A DNA stretch of 64,000 nt from Candidatus Nealsonbacteria bacterium (GCA_016186485.1 JACPLN010000001.1:18377-82376); one strand, 5' to 3'. Positions 9,489-21,417 are shown, counted from the stretch's first letter. The notes: generated by a model not told the origin, from the letters alone. A program made the numbers and translations.

Positions 9489-10016
9489 TTAGCTAGGGAT
9501 TCTATCTATCAAGGATTTTCTTAGGGATTTTCGGTTTATTATCTTTAGGCAGTTTAGCCTTGCAGCGGTGTACACAGATTTCTCTAGGGATACCGATGCA
9601 GACTCGGGCCATCCCAGAAGTTCCCTTATTTTTTTCCTGAAAGTTTCTCCAACCCCCACAGCTATTTGATATGTTGTATACGAAACCACGAATTCGTTTA
9701 TACGGGGATTCCAATCGTAGAAGTTATCGGCAGGGCGAATTTTCACGCCTCCTGAAAGCCATTGGTCTTGTTCGTCCTTTGGTACATCAACAAGCCTGGC
9801 AAGTGTCTCGCAGCACTCAGGTATTATTTGGTTTTCTACTTCCAGAAGTTTTTCTGCTATTCTGAAAAATTCCTCTTCGGTCATACCTGACGCTTCCCAA
9901 GCCCCAAGCGCATGCTTTAGTTGGCGACTTGTGTGATCTCCGTTTTTCCACTCCTCATCGCCGATTTCGCGAGCCATCTTAGCTGCTTTTTTCCACACAG
10001 GCTCTTCATTGCTCAA
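9489..10016 (-). CDS. hypothetical protein
   Basis: 175-aa ORF with a TTG start and AGGAGG 13 nt upstream; no motif recognised. Confidence 0.45.
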   Translation of the reverse strand: MSNEEPVWKKAAKMAREIGDEEWKNGDHTSRQLKHALGAWEASGMTEEEFFRIAEKLLEVENQIIPECCETLARLVDVPKDEQDQWLSGGVKIRPADNFYDWNPRINEFVVSYTTYQIAVGVGETFRKKIRELLGWPESASVSLEKSVYTAARLNCLKIINRKSLRKSLIDRIPS

Positions 10017-10210
10017 TTCCTTTCAATCACCTCCTGGTCGTACGGGATCTTGTTTGGTTGATTGATTAATTAACCCCATTTAGACGCCTTCTTACCAATA
10101 ACAGTTTAAAAAATATGCATGTTTTTGTCAAGCGCCATTTGCGCCCTGTTAAGCTATTTCCTTGCGCCAGCCAATTTATGGGGTATAATAACAAATAGAG
10201 ATTTATTTTT

Positions 10211-10663
10211 ATGGCACAAAGAAAATACCTTGAACACCTAAAAGCGATAGAGGCAAGGATAAATAAAAACCTCTTTTTTATTTGTTCCGCTGTTACGATA
10301 GCCGCAATATTAATGGTCCTTATAGAGTTTTTCAGCCGGGGCGTTTTTCCGCCAACGAGAATAAACCTGTTCTATTTCGGCGTTTTAATCATTTACTCGG
10401 TGCATAAAGAATTAGTCAGATGGCTTGGTAGAAAAGAAGTGGAGCGCCAGGGAGAATATTTTGTTTACAGCTGGATTGGTCTTACTACCACTCTTTACAT
10501 TATTAACTTTTTAACCAAAGATTATTTTAACTATTCCCCAAGCGGACAGACCCTGGACACCCTTAGAGAATCTACTATCATTACCCTTGAGGTATTGGCA
10601 GTCTTCATATTCACTAGATCTCTGAAGATAATGAAGACCATGCTGAAAAACAGGGTTCGTTAG
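10211..10663 (+). CDS. integral membrane protein (hypothetical)
   Basis: four hydrophobic helices; stop codon abuts tRNA-Ala. Confidence 0.5.
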   Translation: MAQRKYLEHLKAIEARINKNLFFICSAVTIAAILMVLIEFFSRGVFPPTRINLFYFGVLIIYSVHKELVRWLGRKEVERQGEYFVYSWIGLTTTLYIINFLTKDYFNYSPSGQTLDTLRESTIITLEVLAVFIFTRSLKIMKTMLKNRVR

Positions 10664-10734
10664 GGGCCTATAGGTAAGTGGCATACCGGGTCGTTCGCAT
10701 CGACCAGTCGCCAGTTCGATTCTGGCTAGGTCCA
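10664..10734 (+). tRNA. tRNA-Ala(CGC)
   Basis: acceptor GGGCCTA/TAGGTCC with G3:U70, anticodon loop TTCGCAT. Confidence 0.8.
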
Positions 10735-10771
10735 CTGCTTCGCCAAGGCTTCGCAGTGCAAGCACCATAAT

Positions 10772-11500
10772 ATGTTTCAAGACACATCTTTTGGCAAGGA
10801 AATAATCTGGGGCGAGTACCAGAAGAACCTCATTTTGCCCAAGCTCCAGAAACTTTTGAATTTAAAAAAAGGAGATAAAGTTTTGGATTTGGGATGCGGA
10901 GCGGGTTATTTTACCCGCCAGTTCGCCAAGTCGGGGGCTAATATTATCGGAGTTGACGTATCAAAAGAGATTATTGATATTGCTCGGCGGAAATCACCCA
11001 AGAATGTAAGATATTATACGGCTTCAGCCGATAAGTTGCCTTTTCCAAATAAAACCATTGATAAGATAATCGTTATTCTGGCCCTTCAGAATATGGAGAA
11101 TGTTTTCAAGGTTTTTAAAGAATGCCGCAGAGTATTAAAGCCGAAAGGCAAGCTGTTTATAGTAATGAATCATCCGGCTTTTCGCATACCCGGCGCTTCC
11201 AGTTGGGGGTGGGATCAAAATAATAAAATTCAATATCGCAGAATTGACAAATATCTTTCAAACCTTAAGGTAGAAATAAAGATGCATCCCGGGAAAGATT
11301 CTCAATCTTACACATTTTCTTTTCACAGGCCCGTACAGGCCTATTTCAACGCAATTTTTAAAAATAACTTTTGCGTAAGCCGCCTTGAAGAGTGGGTTTC
11401 TTTTAAAAAGAGCCAGCCGGGCCCCAGAGCAAAGGCAGAGGATTTGGCCAGATCCCAAATCCCTCTTTTTCTATATTTGGAAGCCATAAAAATGGATTAA
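10772..11500 (+). CDS. class I SAM-dependent methyltransferase
   Basis: motif I VLDLGCGAGYFT, followed by DKIIVILALQN. Confidence 0.8.
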   Translation: MFQDTSFGKEIIWGEYQKNLILPKLQKLLNLKKGDKVLDLGCGAGYFTRQFAKSGANIIGVDVSKEIIDIARRKSPKNVRYYTASADKLPFPNKTIDKIIVILALQNMENVFKVFKECRRVLKPKGKLFIVMNHPAFRIPGASSWGWDQNNKIQYRRIDKYLSNLKVEIKMHPGKDSQSYTFSFHRPVQAYFNAIFKNNFCVSRLEEWVSFKKSQPGPRAKAEDLARSQIPLFLYLEAIKMD

Positions 11501-11663
11501 ACAAAGGTCGTTAACCGCTAACTAAAAACCACTTACTATTAACTACCAGCCATTAACTAATATGTGCGACACTTGCGGCTGCGGAAAAGGGAAGGGAGGC
11601 AAGTAGGTTCCCCACGAATGTACTTGCGGAGGAAATTAAAATGGCCGGGTTTCGGCCTGTTTT

Positions 11664-11696
11664 GGGCTATTGCTTCCTCGGAGGAAGCAATAGCCC
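11664..11696. repeat. REP palindrome copy 2
   Basis: identical to copy 1; 27 nt upstream of TTGACA-17-TAAAAA. Confidence 0.9.
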
Positions 11697-11770
11697 AGTA
11701 GTGAATTTTGGGCAATTCGGGGTTGACATGTTTTAAAATTAGCCGTAAAAAGGAATTAGTTGTTTGAAAA

Positions 11771-12887
11771 TTGAACATCCAGATATTGGCTCTTCAGATA
11801 CCCGGTTTTGACGGAGAAATCAAGGGTTTTGACCCCAATTCTATTTTCTGGCTCTTTATTTTTTATGTACTCCCGTTATTGATTATTTTCAAAGTGCCGC
11901 TTTTTCTAATGAATTATAACGCCAAGAAATTTATTGAGTCTCTGCAAAAAGATAGGGACTTTGCAAAAGCAGAGCTTATTAAAGAGCTAAAATCTCAAGG
12001 TTTTGAGAATAACGGCCAAAGAATAGATGAGATGCTGGAATACTTTACAATTAATCCGGTTGACCTTGATCCCAAAGGGATAGTTAATAAAATAGATTAC
12101 TTGCATTCTCTTCAAGGACAGAGAATGAGGCAAGAAATAGAAAGATTTGTCCCCGGCGCAAAAAAGGCTGAACGCCAAAACATTGAAAGTCTTTTGGAAA
12201 TTGCCGCCACCATTAATGTTTTGTTCAAAGTCGTCCGGCATTTATACCTGACGGCAAAAAAGTCAAAAAGCATAATTTGGGCAATGCAAACATTAATGCT
12301 TAAGCCCTTTATTGAAGAAATCATTGAGGCTCTAAAAGCTGCGATTCCGGCAATAAAGAGGGGGAATCCGATTGGCGATAGCATAGGTCCTATGGTAGTA
12401 GCCGGATTTATGAAAGAGAGAATTCCAGTGGCGCTAGACACGGTTTATTCTGTTGGCAAAGGGGGCGGAGACAGGAAATTAATATTCGTGAAAGCAGAGG
12501 GTCCGGGGCAGTACGGTGGGAAGAATTGGAGACGCGGTGGAAAGATTGGCAGAAGGGTGCAACCCGCATATTATTGTTACGATTGATGCCGGTCTGAAGC
12601 TTGAAGGAGAAGATTCCGGAATTGTGCAAGAGGGTGTTGGGACCGCAATCGGAGGCATTGGAGTTGAACGCTATAAAATCGAAGAAGTGGCGACAGCCAA
12701 TGACATTCCTCTTTACGCTATTATTGTATGGCAGTCCATTAAAGAAGCGATTTCAGAAATGACCGAAGAAATAAGAGGCAGTATTCCCGAGGTTTGCAGT
12801 AGGCTGGACAGGCTGGTGAATGAAAAAACCAAGCCCGGCAACACGGTCTTGATCGTTGGCGTAGGAAATACAATTGGAGTTGAGTAG
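11771..12887 (+). pseudogene. membrane-anchored ~370-aa protein split into two ORFs (11771..12586 and 12516..12887); possibly archaeal DUF1512-like
   Basis: the second ORF continues the first in frame +1. Removing one G from GGGG at 12505-12508 gives ...KAEGPGSTVGRIGDAVERLAEG.... The DUF1512 assignment is from memory. Confidence 0.5.
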
Positions 12888-12889
12888 CC

Positions 12890-13453
12890 GTGGACGTCCT
12901 AGCTAGAAGCTATAAGGAAGCGGGATGCCAAGACATTCCGTTAATACGCCTTTCAGACGAGGAATATGCAAGAGGGCTTCAGTGTTTTGTCCCTGCTTGC
13001 GCCGATATTGCTATTGTTGATTTTGATAGAAAATTAATTTATCTTGCCCGCCGCAAAATAAAACCAATGGCAGGCTTGTGGTGGATCGGAGGAAAAATGA
13101 TGCCTCAAGAAACAAAAGAAGAAGCCGCTGTCAGGAATTTTAAGAGAGAAACAACCCTTGAACTTCCGCAATCGCGATTTAGGCTTGTTGCGGTCTTTGA
13201 CTATCGCTGGAATGACAGAGCTCAAACGCCCCAAACGATCGGCTGCCACATGCTGGCCTACACATTCATTGTTAATTTAAGCGCAGATGAGCTAGCTCGC
13301 GTCAGATTAGATGAAAACGAATACGAGGGTGGCCTAAAAGATTTTACCGAGAAACAGCTTTTAAAAGAAAACGTGTTTTCGCCAATTTTTGACCTTTATT
13401 GCCGAGTCTTTTCCGCATTTTCTGCCGACCATAAAATTAGTTCTTCAAAATAG
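12890..13453 (+). CDS. NUDIX-family hydrolase (degenerate Nudix box)
   Basis: GGKMMPQETKEEAAVRNFKRETTLEL approximates Gx5Ex7REUxEExGU; GTG start. Confidence 0.5.
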   Translation: MDVLARSYKEAGCQDIPLIRLSDEEYARGLQCFVPACADIAIVDFDRKLIYLARRKIKPMAGLWWIGGKMMPQETKEEAAVRNFKRETTLELPQSRFRLVAVFDYRWNDRAQTPQTIGCHMLAYTFIVNLSADELARVRLDENEYEGGLKDFTEKQLLKENVFSPIFDLYCRVFSAFSADHKISSSK

Positions 13454-13554
13454 CATCCTAGACAAATAATCTAGGATTTTTTATTGACAGCGTCTATTGG
13501 TTTGTTAAGATACAATAAGTGGTCCGAAAAATTCGGGCCATATTTTAAAGTATT

Positions 13555-14868
13555 ATGGAAGACGTAAAGAATTTCTTGTCGGCTATTTCCCAAATTGCCG
13601 AAGAAAAAGGGATAGCTAAAGAAAAAATAATTGAAATTATTGAGCAGGCGTACGCCGCCGCCTACAAAAAAGATTACGGCGAAAAGGGCCAAATAATAAA
13701 GGCCAAGTTTGATTTGGAATCGGGCAAGGTTAAGTTTTGGCAGCAAAAATTAGCAGTGGACGAATCAACGATTTATTCAGAAGAAGAACTAGCCGCCCTC
13801 AAAGAGGGCGAGCCTCCCGTCGAAGGCGAGGCTCGCTTTGAGAAGCGGCGTCCCGATGGTCCGTCGGGGCGAGAAGAGGCAGAAGATGGGGAGAAAAAGG
13901 TGCGTTTTAATACAGAGAAGCACATTATGATAGACGAGGCTAAGAAACTTGATTCTAAAATTAAAGTTGGAGAAAGCCTTGAAATACCCTTGGAGGCGAA
14001 GGAAGATTACGGCAGGATAGCCGCTCAAACGGCAAAGCAGGTTATTTTGCAGAGAGTAAGAGAAGCAGAGAGAGAAATAGTTCTTGAAGAATACAAAAAT
14101 AAAGAAGAAGGGATAATTTCCGGAATTGTTCAGCGGGTGGAGCCAAGAGCGGTTTATTTGGACATTGGCAAGATTTTGGCAATTTTGCCCAGAGAAGAGC
14201 AGGTGCCGGGAGAGTTTTACAGGTCGGGCCAGAGGTTAAAAGTTTTTTTGCTGAAGGTGGAAGAAACGCCAAAAGGGCCGATTGTTTTTGTGTCAAGATC
14301 TTATCCTAAATTTGTTTCAAAGCTGTTTGAATTGGAGGTGCCGGAGGTCGCGGCAGGGACAGTGGTTATAAGGTCTATAGCCCGGGAGGCGGGCTCAAGG
14401 ACAAAAATAGCAGTAAGCTCAAACGTTGAAGGCGTTGATCCCATAGGTTCAATGGTTGGCCAAAAAGGAACAAGGGTAATGGCCGTCATCAACGAGCTCG
14501 GAGGAGAAAAGATTGATATAATAGAGTGGGCGGATGATCCAGAAAAATACATTGCTAATTCTCTTTCTCCGGCGAAAGCCTTGGAAGTAAGGATTATGCC
14601 GAAAAACACCGCTTTGGCCATTGTTCCTCAAGACCAGCTGTCTCTGGCAATTGGAAAAGAGGGCCAGAACGTCAGGCTGGCGGCAAAACTCACCGGTTGG
14701 AAAATAGATGTCAGGAGTCCCGAGGAAGCGGGAAATCAAGCAATTGAAGAAAAATCGGAAGAAGAAGAAGTTAAAAAAGAAAAGGAAAGCCCGCCAAAAG
14801 CTAAAGTATTAAGGCGGGCAGGGAAAAATACTAAAAAAACAGCCGCCGCTAAAACAAATAAAAAATAA
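13555..14868 (+). CDS. nusA: transcription termination/antitermination factor NusA
   Basis: N-terminal NusA domain, S1 ([16 protein letters not shown]), two KH repeats, Lys-rich tail; acidic insertion around aa 70-125. Confidence 0.9.
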   Translation: MEDVKNFLSAISQIAEEKGIAKEKIIEIIEQAYAAAYKKDYGEKGQIIKAKFDLESGKVKFWQQKLAVDESTIYSEEELAALKEGEPPVEGEARFEKRRPDGPSGREEAEDGEKKVRFNTEKHIMIDEAKKLDSKIKVGESLEIPLEAKEDYGRIAAQTAKQVILQRVREAEREIVLEEYKNKEEGIISGIVQRVEPRAVYLDIGKILAILPREEQVPGEFYRSGQRLKVFLLKVEETPKGPIVFVSRSYPKFVSKLFELEVPEVAAGTVVIRSIAREAGSRTKIAVSSNVEGVDPIGSMVGQKGTRVMAVINELGGEKIDIIEWADDPEKYIANSLSPAKALEVRIMPKNTALAIVPQDQLSLAIGKEGQNVRLAAKLTGWKIDVRSPEEAGNQAIEEKSEEEEVKKEKESPPKAKVLRRAGKNTKKTAAAKTNKK

Positions 14869-14873
14869 ATTAT

Positions 14874-16886
14874 ATGATTTATTTTCCTATTATAGTTTCA
14901 ATATTCACAATTTCATTCGCCTATTTTTTGGCAAAAGAGGTCAAAAGGGCCTCTCCTGGAGAAAATAAGATGGCAGCCATATCCGGGTTTATCAGAGAAG
15001 GAGCCTTAGCTTATTTGAAAAGGCAATACAAGGTTATAGCATTGGTTGCCCTAGCGTTATTTTTCTTATTGTGGCTAACCTTAGGATTTAAGGTTGCTTC
15101 AGGTTTTTTATTGGGAGCTGTTTTTTCCGGCGCAGCCGGATTTTCCGGAATGATGGTTTCAACTATGTCAAATTCCAGGGTGGCTGAAGCTTCAAAAAGG
15201 GGGCCGGTCAGCGCGCTTTCCCTGGCTTTTAAAGGAAGTTCGGTAACCGGCCTTTTGGTTGGCGCCTTGGGTCTTTTTTCAGTGTCTCTGCTTTTTTGGC
15301 TGACAAAAGATCTTCAGGCTCTTTTAGGTTTGGGTTTTGGAGGAAGCTTGATTTCTATTTTTGCCAGGCTGGGAGGAGGAATTTATACCAAGGCAGCAGA
15401 CGTTGGGGCGGATTTGGTTGGAAAGCTTGAAAAAAATATTCCCGAAGACGATCCAAGAAATCCAGCGGTTATCGCCGATCTGGTAGGGGATAACGTCGGG
15501 GACTGCGCCGGCATGGCTGCGGATGTTTTTGAAACTTACGTTGTAACCTTGGTATCGGGGATGTTTTTAGGAGGCTTGATGTTTCCTCAATACGGCAATA
15601 TTCTGTTGCTGCCATTGATGTTGGGAGCGGTAGCTCTGGTCGCCTCCGTAATTATTATTTTCCTTTTCCGATTTCCGGGTTTAATAATTCCGTCTCTGGG
15701 GCAAAAGGAAATAAATACGCTTGAAATTCTTTACAAGGGTTTAATCGGGACAGGAATTCTTTCTGCCATTGGTTTTTTCCCCGTTATTAAGGCTTTTTTG
15801 GATCCATTGTATATTTCTTCAATTAGAATATATTTTGCCGCACTTTTGGGTCTTTTTCTTGCAGCCTGCATTTTCTGGGTCACGGAGTATTATACTTCTA
15901 AAAAGTTTTCTGCCGTAAAATCTATAGCCAAGGCTTCTTTAACGGGTCCGGGCACCACTTTGATCGCCGGCCTTGCCATAGGGTTCAGGTCAACCGCTCT
16001 CCCCGTTCTTTTGGTTGTTTTTGGAATATTTGCAAGTTTTTGGCTGGGGGGAATTTACGGTTTGGCAATGGCTGTTTTGTCAATGCTTTCTTTGTCGGGG
16101 TTTGTTATTGCCCTTGATGCTTTCGGCCCAATAGCGGATAACGCCGGAGGCATTGCTGAAATGGCCCAGGAGCCCGAAGAAGTGCGCAGGGTTACCGATT
16201 CCTTAGATGAAGCCGGAAACACCACCAAGGCCGTAACAAAGGCCTATGCAATTACTTCAGCGGGGCTAGCCGCCCTCATTCTTTTTTCAGCCTTTGTTCA
16301 GGAGGTTGAGAAAGCCGGGGTTGCGGTCCAGTTCTTTTTGGATAACCACCTTGTTTTAGCGGGTTTATTCATTGGCGGACTTTTGCCGTTTTTCTTTTCT
16401 TCTTTGGCAATGGAAGGAGTTGGTAAAGCCGCGTCCAGCGTTGTGGAAGAAGTAAGGCGCCAGTTTAGGGGAATTGAAGGACTTCAAGAGGGCAGGGCAA
16501 AGCCAGACTACGGCAGATGCGTTGATATAGTTACAAAAGCCGCCTTGAAAGAAATGATGATCCCGGCCGTTATCCCGATTGTTTCGCCCTTGCTCGTCGG
16601 TTTTCTTTTGGGCCCCGAAGCTCTGGGCGGAGTTCTTATCGGGAGCATTGTCACCGGTTTGTTTCTGGCTATTTTTATGAGTTCCGGCGGAGCCGCCTGG
16701 GACAATGCGAAAAAATACATTGAAGAAGGAAATTACGGAGGAAAAGGCAGCGATGCCCACAAAGCAGCGGTTGTGGGAGACATAGTCGGCGACCCGTTTA
16801 AGGATACAGCGGGGCCTGCAATAAACCCGATGATAAAGGTTATTAATATTATTGCTCTCTTAATGGTCGGATTTTTCGCCCTCTAA
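14874..16886 (+). CDS. hppA: membrane-bound proton/sodium-translocating pyrophosphatase
   Basis: 670 aa, polytopic, motifs [44 protein letters not shown]-like. Confidence 0.95.
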   Translation: MIYFPIIVSIFTISFAYFLAKEVKRASPGENKMAAISGFIREGALAYLKRQYKVIALVALALFFLLWLTLGFKVASGFLLGAVFSGAAGFSGMMVSTMSNSRVAEASKRGPVSALSLAFKGSSVTGLLVGALGLFSVSLLFWLTKDLQALLGLGFGGSLISIFARLGGGIYTKAADVGADLVGKLEKNIPEDDPRNPAVIADLVGDNVGDCAGMAADVFETYVVTLVSGMFLGGLMFPQYGNILLLPLMLGAVALVASVIIIFLFRFPGLIIPSLGQKEINTLEILYKGLIGTGILSAIGFFPVIKAFLDPLYISSIRIYFAALLGLFLAACIFWVTEYYTSKKFSAVKSIAKASLTGPGTTLIAGLAIGFRSTALPVLLVVFGIFASFWLGGIYGLAMAVLSMLSLSGFVIALDAFGPIADNAGGIAEMAQEPEEVRRVTDSLDEAGNTTKAVTKAYAITSAGLAALILFSAFVQEVEKAGVAVQFFLDNHLVLAGLFIGGLLPFFFSSLAMEGVGKAASSVVEEVRRQFRGIEGLQEGRAKPDYGRCVDIVTKAALKEMMIPAVIPIVSPLLVGFLLGPEALGGVLIGSIVTGLFLAIFMSSGGAAWDNAKKYIEEGNYGGKGSDAHKAAVVGDIVGDPFKDTAGPAINPMIKVINIIALLMVGFFAL

Positions 16887-16904
16887 CCAAGTCAGGCTTG
16901 GCTA

Positions 16905-18146
16905 ATGAAACCTGAAATAAAAAAAATAAAGGACTCGCAGATTGAAATAACCGATCAAGTTTCTTCAGAAGATTTTGAAAAATACAAAGACCAAGCTATT
17001 TTGTTTTTGAGCAAGGATTTGGACATTAAGGGTTTTAGGCGGGGCGCCGTTCCCAAGGATATTGCCAAAAACCATCTTTCTCAAGACAAGGTTTTAACAG
17101 AGGCAAGAAGGCTGGCAATCCAAAAATCATATTTTAATATCCTTAAAGAAAATAATTTTGATCCGTTGGGGGAGCCGGAAGTTGAAATTTTAAATACGCC
17201 AAACAGCAGCCAATTGGAGTTTAGGATAAAGGTAGCCGTAATGCCGGAGGTTTGGCTGCCCGATTACAAGAACATAGCTTCAAAAGTCCAACGCAAGAAA
17301 GCGGAAGTTCAAAATGACGACGTTGAAAAAGCATTAAAATATCTTCAGCGGTCCAGAGCGAGTTTTAGCCTGAAAGAGGGCGCTTGCCAGAGGGGGGACT
17401 TCGTAGAAATTGAGTATTCTTCCCCGAATGTTTATGGCGGAAAATTGATCAAAGACGAATTTTTCCTCGGAGAAGGAAAACTTCTGGAGGGAATAGAAGA
17501 AAGCATTGAGGGAATGAAAGCGGGAGAGAATAAAGAAATAAAAGCAAAAGGCAAAGACATGGTTTTGAAATTAAGAATGCTTTCGGTAAAAAAAGCAGTT
17601 TTTCCGCAAGTTAACGATGAATTTGCCAAATCGTTGGGAAGCTTTGAAAGCCTGGCCAATCTTGAAAAAAACATTAGAGAAGGCTTATCTGCTGAGAAGG
17701 AGTCTGAAGAAAGCCAGAGAGTGAGGACAAAGATTTTATCTGAAATATCCGACCAAACAAAGGTTGAAATTCCTTCAATCTTGGTAAAAGAAGAGCAAGG
17801 GCGGATGCTGGCTTCTTTAAAAGACAGGGTCAAGAATGTTTTTGGAGCAGAATTTGAAGAATACCTGAAGCAAGTTAAAAAAAGCGAAGAGGATTTGCTT
17901 GCCGATTTTTCTTCGTCTGCAAATTCCCGAGTAAAGAACTTTTTGATTTTGCGGGAAATTGAAAAAAAAGAGAACATCGTTATAACCCAAGAAGAGATTA
18001 ATGAGGAAGCAAACAAGATTTTAAAAAGCTATTCTTCTGTCGGGCAGGCTAAAAAAAATATTGACGAAAAGGCTTTAAAAGAGTATTCTGCAGAAATACT
18101 AAAGCAGGAAAAGACCTTGGCAATGCTGGAAAGCTTTGCTAAATAA
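16905..18146 (+). CDS. tig: trigger factor
   Basis: N-terminal GFRRGAVPK signature, central PPIase-like region; upstream of clpP. Confidence 0.85.
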   Translation: MKPEIKKIKDSQIEITDQVSSEDFEKYKDQAILFLSKDLDIKGFRRGAVPKDIAKNHLSQDKVLTEARRLAIQKSYFNILKENNFDPLGEPEVEILNTPNSSQLEFRIKVAVMPEVWLPDYKNIASKVQRKKAEVQNDDVEKALKYLQRSRASFSLKEGACQRGDFVEIEYSSPNVYGGKLIKDEFFLGEGKLLEGIEESIEGMKAGENKEIKAKGKDMVLKLRMLSVKKAVFPQVNDEFAKSLGSFESLANLEKNIREGLSAEKESEESQRVRTKILSEISDQTKVEIPSILVKEEQGRMLASLKDRVKNVFGAEFEEYLKQVKKSEEDLLADFSSSANSRVKNFLILREIEKKENIVITQEEINEEANKILKSYSSVGQAKKNIDEKALKEYSAEILKQEKTLAMLESFAK

Positions 18147-18153
18147 TAAATAT

Positions 18154-18735
18154 ATGAATTTAATTCCAACCGTTATTGAAAAATCCCAATACGGGGAAAG
18201 GGCATACGACATTTATTCAAGGCTTTTGAAAGAAAGAATCGTTTTTTTGGCGGGCCCCATAACTGATGTTGTTGCAAACTCTGTTATTGCCCAGCTTTTG
18301 TTTTTGGCGTCAAAAGATCCGAAAAAAGACATCCAGCTTTATATCAATACCCCCGGGGGATCGGTAACCGCCGGTTTGGCAATTTACGACACTATGCAGT
18401 ATGTCAAACCGGATATTTCAACCGTCTGCGTTGGCATGGCGGCCTCAATGGGGGCAACACTGCTGGCGGCAGGAAAGAACGGGAAAAGGTTCGCCTTGCC
18501 AAATTCGGAGATTTTGCTCCATCAGGTAATGGGCGAAGCCGGCGGCCAGGCGGTGGAAATTGAAATTACGGCAAAGCAAATAATTAAAATCAAAGAAAGG
18601 CTGAATAGGATTTTGGCGAAACACGCTGATCAGCCCCTGGAAAGGATTGAAAAAGACACGGACCGCGATTTCTATCTTTCTGCGGAAGAGGCGAAAGAAT
18701 ACGGAATAATTGACGAAGTAATCAAAACCAAATAA
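18154..18735 (+). CDS. clpP: ATP-dependent Clp protease proteolytic subunit
   Basis: [29 protein letters not shown] (Ser), LLHQ (His); start moved to ATG 18154. Confidence 0.95.
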   Translation: MNLIPTVIEKSQYGERAYDIYSRLLKERIVFLAGPITDVVANSVIAQLLFLASKDPKKDIQLYINTPGGSVTAGLAIYDTMQYVKPDISTVCVGMAASMGATLLAAGKNGKRFALPNSEILLHQVMGEAGGQAVEIEITAKQIIKIKERLNRILAKHADQPLERIEKDTDRDFYLSAEEAKEYGIIDEVIKTK

Positions 18736-18740
18736 TAGGC

Positions 18741-18790
18741 GTTGCTTGGTTCGGGAAAGCAACTGGCCTGCCATTTTGACAGGTTTTTTT
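18741..18790 (+). terminator. terminator region after clpP
   Basis: hairpin GTTGCTT-9 nt-AAGCAAC, then a weaker hairpin ending in T7 (18784-18790). Confidence 0.5.
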
Positions 18791-18866
18791 ATTTATGCTA
18801 ATATAAGAAAGACGATTCAATTAACTTAGAAATCATTGGTGAATTACCAAAATTTCAATCAAATAT

Positions 18867-20396
18867 ATGAATCAATTTATCCTACTTTTAGCGGGCTTTC
18901 TTGCCCTGTCTTTAGGATCTGTTTTGGGTTATTTTGCGAGACAATCAGTTGCCAAAAAGCAAGCTGGAACAATAGAAGCGAAAATCCAGCAAAAAGTATC
19001 TCAAGCTCAAACTCAAGCGCAAGGATTGGTTTCTGATGCCAAAGAAAAAGCATCAAGAATTTTAGAAGCGCTAAAAAAGGAGGAAGACCGCAGAAGGACC
19101 GAGCTTTTAAAGGTTGAACAGCTTCTCTTAAAAAGAGAGCATATTTTGGATAAAAAAATCTCAGGCCTGGACGCGAAGGAAAAAGATATTGAACAAAGAA
19201 TAGTCAAGGTGAGAGAAGTTAAAAATCAGATTGACGAGCTGAATAAAAAGGCCGTGGACCAGCTGGAAAAGGTTGCCCAAATGACAAAAGAGGAAGCGAA
19301 GAAATCATTATTTGAGAATTACGAGAAAAGCATTGAGCAGGAAATAATGGAAAGAATAATTAAGCTTGAAAAAGAAGGGATACAGAGGTTTGAAAAAAAA
19401 GCAAAAGAAATATTGGCCTTTGCCATCCAAAAATACGCCCTTCCTCAAACCCAGGAGCTGACCACCACAACCATTTATCTTCCCTCGGAAGAAATTAAAG
19501 GAAGGATTATTGGAAAAGAGGGCAGAAATATTAGGGCCCTGGAAAGATTAACCGGAGTGGAGCTTGTTATGGACGAATCCCCGGAGGTGGTGGTTATTTC
19601 CGCTTTTGATCCTTTAAGAAGGCACATAGCCAAAGTAGCTCTTGAAAGATTGGTGCAAGACGGCAGAATTCAACCGGCTCGTATTGAAGAAATAGTGACA
19701 AAGACAGAGAAAGAGGTCCAAGAACAAATTAGGGAGGCCGGAGAAGCAGCGGTTTATGACACCGGAGTGATAGGATTGGACCCGAAGTTAATTCAGGTTT
19801 TGGGCAGGCTGAAGTTTAGAACCAGCTTTGGCCAAAATGTTTTGCTTCACTCAATTGAAATGGCGCATTTGGCCGAAGCAATTGCTTCTGAAGTCGGAGC
19901 CAATCCCATTGTTGCCAAAAAATCAGCTCTTTTGCACGATATCGGAAAGGCGATTGACAGGCAGGTTCAGGGTTCTCACGTTGAAATAGGAATAAAAATA
20001 TTGGAGAAATTTGGGGTGGAAAAAGAAGTTATTGACGCGATGAAATCGCATCACGAAGAGTATCCTTATACCACCATAGAATCCGTTATTGTTCAGGCGG
20101 TAGACCAGATTTCGGCCGCAAGACCGGGAGCTAGGCGCCAAACAGTAGAGAATTATATCCAGCGGCTGGAGGAGCTGGAAAGGGTTGCCCTGGCTTTCTC
20201 CGGAGTGGAAAAAGCCTGGGTTTTGCAGGCAGGCAGAGAAATCAGGGTTTTTGTAAAGCCGCAGGAAATAGACGATCTGACCTGCTATAAGCTTGCCAAA
20301 GACATTGCTAAAAGGATAGAGGAAGAATTAAGGTATCCCGGTGAAATAAAAGTGAACGTAATTAGAGAACATAGAGTTGTTGAGTACGCAAAATAA
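18867..20396 (+). CDS. rny: ribonuclease Y
   Basis: N-terminal TM, coiled coil, KH (GRIIGKEGRNIRALE), HD (LLHDIGKA). Confidence 0.95.
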   Translation: MNQFILLLAGFLALSLGSVLGYFARQSVAKKQAGTIEAKIQQKVSQAQTQAQGLVSDAKEKASRILEALKKEEDRRRTELLKVEQLLLKREHILDKKISGLDAKEKDIEQRIVKVREVKNQIDELNKKAVDQLEKVAQMTKEEAKKSLFENYEKSIEQEIMERIIKLEKEGIQRFEKKAKEILAFAIQKYALPQTQELTTTTIYLPSEEIKGRIIGKEGRNIRALERLTGVELVMDESPEVVVISAFDPLRRHIAKVALERLVQDGRIQPARIEEIVTKTEKEVQEQIREAGEAAVYDTGVIGLDPKLIQVLGRLKFRTSFGQNVLLHSIEMAHLAEAIASEVGANPIVAKKSALLHDIGKAIDRQVQGSHVEIGIKILEKFGVEKEVIDAMKSHHEEYPYTTIESVIVQAVDQISAARPGARRQTVENYIQRLEELERVALAFSGVEKAWVLQAGREIRVFVKPQEIDDLTCYKLAKDIAKRIEEELRYPGEIKVNVIREHRVVEYAK

Positions 20397-20397
20397 A

Positions 20398-20670
20398 ATG
20401 ACAAAGGACGATATCAATCAAGCAATATCAAGGAAAACCGGCTTGTCAAAGAGGCAGGCAGGGGATTGTTTGCAGGTAATTTTGGACGAAATTGCAAAAT
20501 CTCTCTCTAAAGGCGAAAGCGTTTTGTTGCCGGGATTCGGCAAGTTTGTGGTTAAAGACAGAAAGGAAAGGCAGGGGGTAAACCCAAAAACCGGAGAGAA
20601 AATAAAGATTCCGGCAGCAAAAGTGCCCAAATTCAAACCCGGCCAAACACTCAAAGACGCCGTCAAGTAA
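20398..20670 (+). CDS. hup: HU-family DNA-binding protein
   Basis: MTKDDINQAIS...GFGKFVVKDRKERQGVNPKTGEKIKIPA; start moved to ATG 20398. Confidence 0.9.
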   Translation: MTKDDINQAISRKTGLSKRQAGDCLQVILDEIAKSLSKGESVLLPGFGKFVVKDRKERQGVNPKTGEKIKIPAAKVPKFKPGQTLKDAVK

Positions 20671-20700
20671 AAATACACGGGTTTCACCCGTGTATTTTTA
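20671..20700. terminator. bidirectional intrinsic terminator
   Basis: 12-bp stem AAATACACGGGT/ACCCGTGTATTT with a 3-nt loop, A/T runs on both sides. Confidence 0.8.
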
Positions 20701-20766
20701 CTTATAGAAACCTAATAAGTTTTCTGAAAATAAAAATTGGCAAGCGTTATTGCTGCCAATCTTTTT

Positions 20767-21135
20767 TCAAGATTCGGTGTCATTCGTTATCGTTATAAAA
20801 CGATATCCTATCATGATTGCTATTATTACAAGAACTATTTCTGCCCAATTAGTGAAATTGATACCAAAGAGGAAATGCCCCGCAGTCATAAGCGCCGCAA
20901 CAATCGTAAGAAATATATCTCCATATGGGGGTAGATAAAATAATAACATTTTACTGTGCGCGTGGTCGTTTCTCCAATTTACAAGGTGACTAAGGATATA
21001 GACAAAGACTATACCCACTAATGGCCAAATCCAGCTTTGATTCAACAGGTATGTAGAAGAATATAGAATAACCAATAGTCCCGCTAACGGTATAATCAAG
21101 AGCCAAACGAGATTTTTTCCAGTTCGCTTTTTCAT
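20767..21135 (-). CDS. integral membrane protein (hypothetical)
   Basis: four hydrophobic helices, 122 aa. Confidence 0.5.
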   Translation of the reverse strand: MKKRTGKNLVWLLIIPLAGLLVILYSSTYLLNQSWIWPLVGIVFVYILSHLVNWRNDHAHSKMLLFYLPPYGDIFLTIVAALMTAGHFLFGINFTNWAEIVLVIIAIMIGYRFITITNDTES

Positions 21136-21249
21136 TTATTTTTTACACCTTTTTAATTTACTGCTGCCAGCTTACCAAACCCAAAATAAAAAGCAAGTCG
21201 CTCATTTATATAAAATGAGCGAACCCCGCTCAAAAAATAGCGATTTTTT

Positions 21250-21329
21250 GAGCGGGATAGTGGAGGACGTTAGAACCTGTTTTGTGAGTGGCGAGAGGTT
21301 TTTTATCCCGAGTTTGTCGGTGGAGGGAG
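21250..21329 (+). repeat. 80-nt direct repeat, copy 1
   Basis: GAGCGGGATAGTGGAGGACGTTAGAACCTGTTTTGTGAGTGGCGAGAGGTTTTTTATCCCGAGTTTGTCGGTGGA...; about 95% identical to 21953-22032. Confidence 0.85.
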
Positions 21330-21369
21330 TGGAAATCAAGTAAAACTCCCAACCAAAACCCCATCGCTA

Positions 21370-21398
21370 TTGACAAATTCGAAGGAGACGTGTATAAT
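21370..21398 (+). promoter_or_regulatory. sigma-70-type promoter
   Basis: TTGACA-17 nt-TATAAT, exact consensus hexamers. Confidence 0.65.
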
Positions 21399-21417
21399 TT
21401 AATATGAAAAATAGGAG

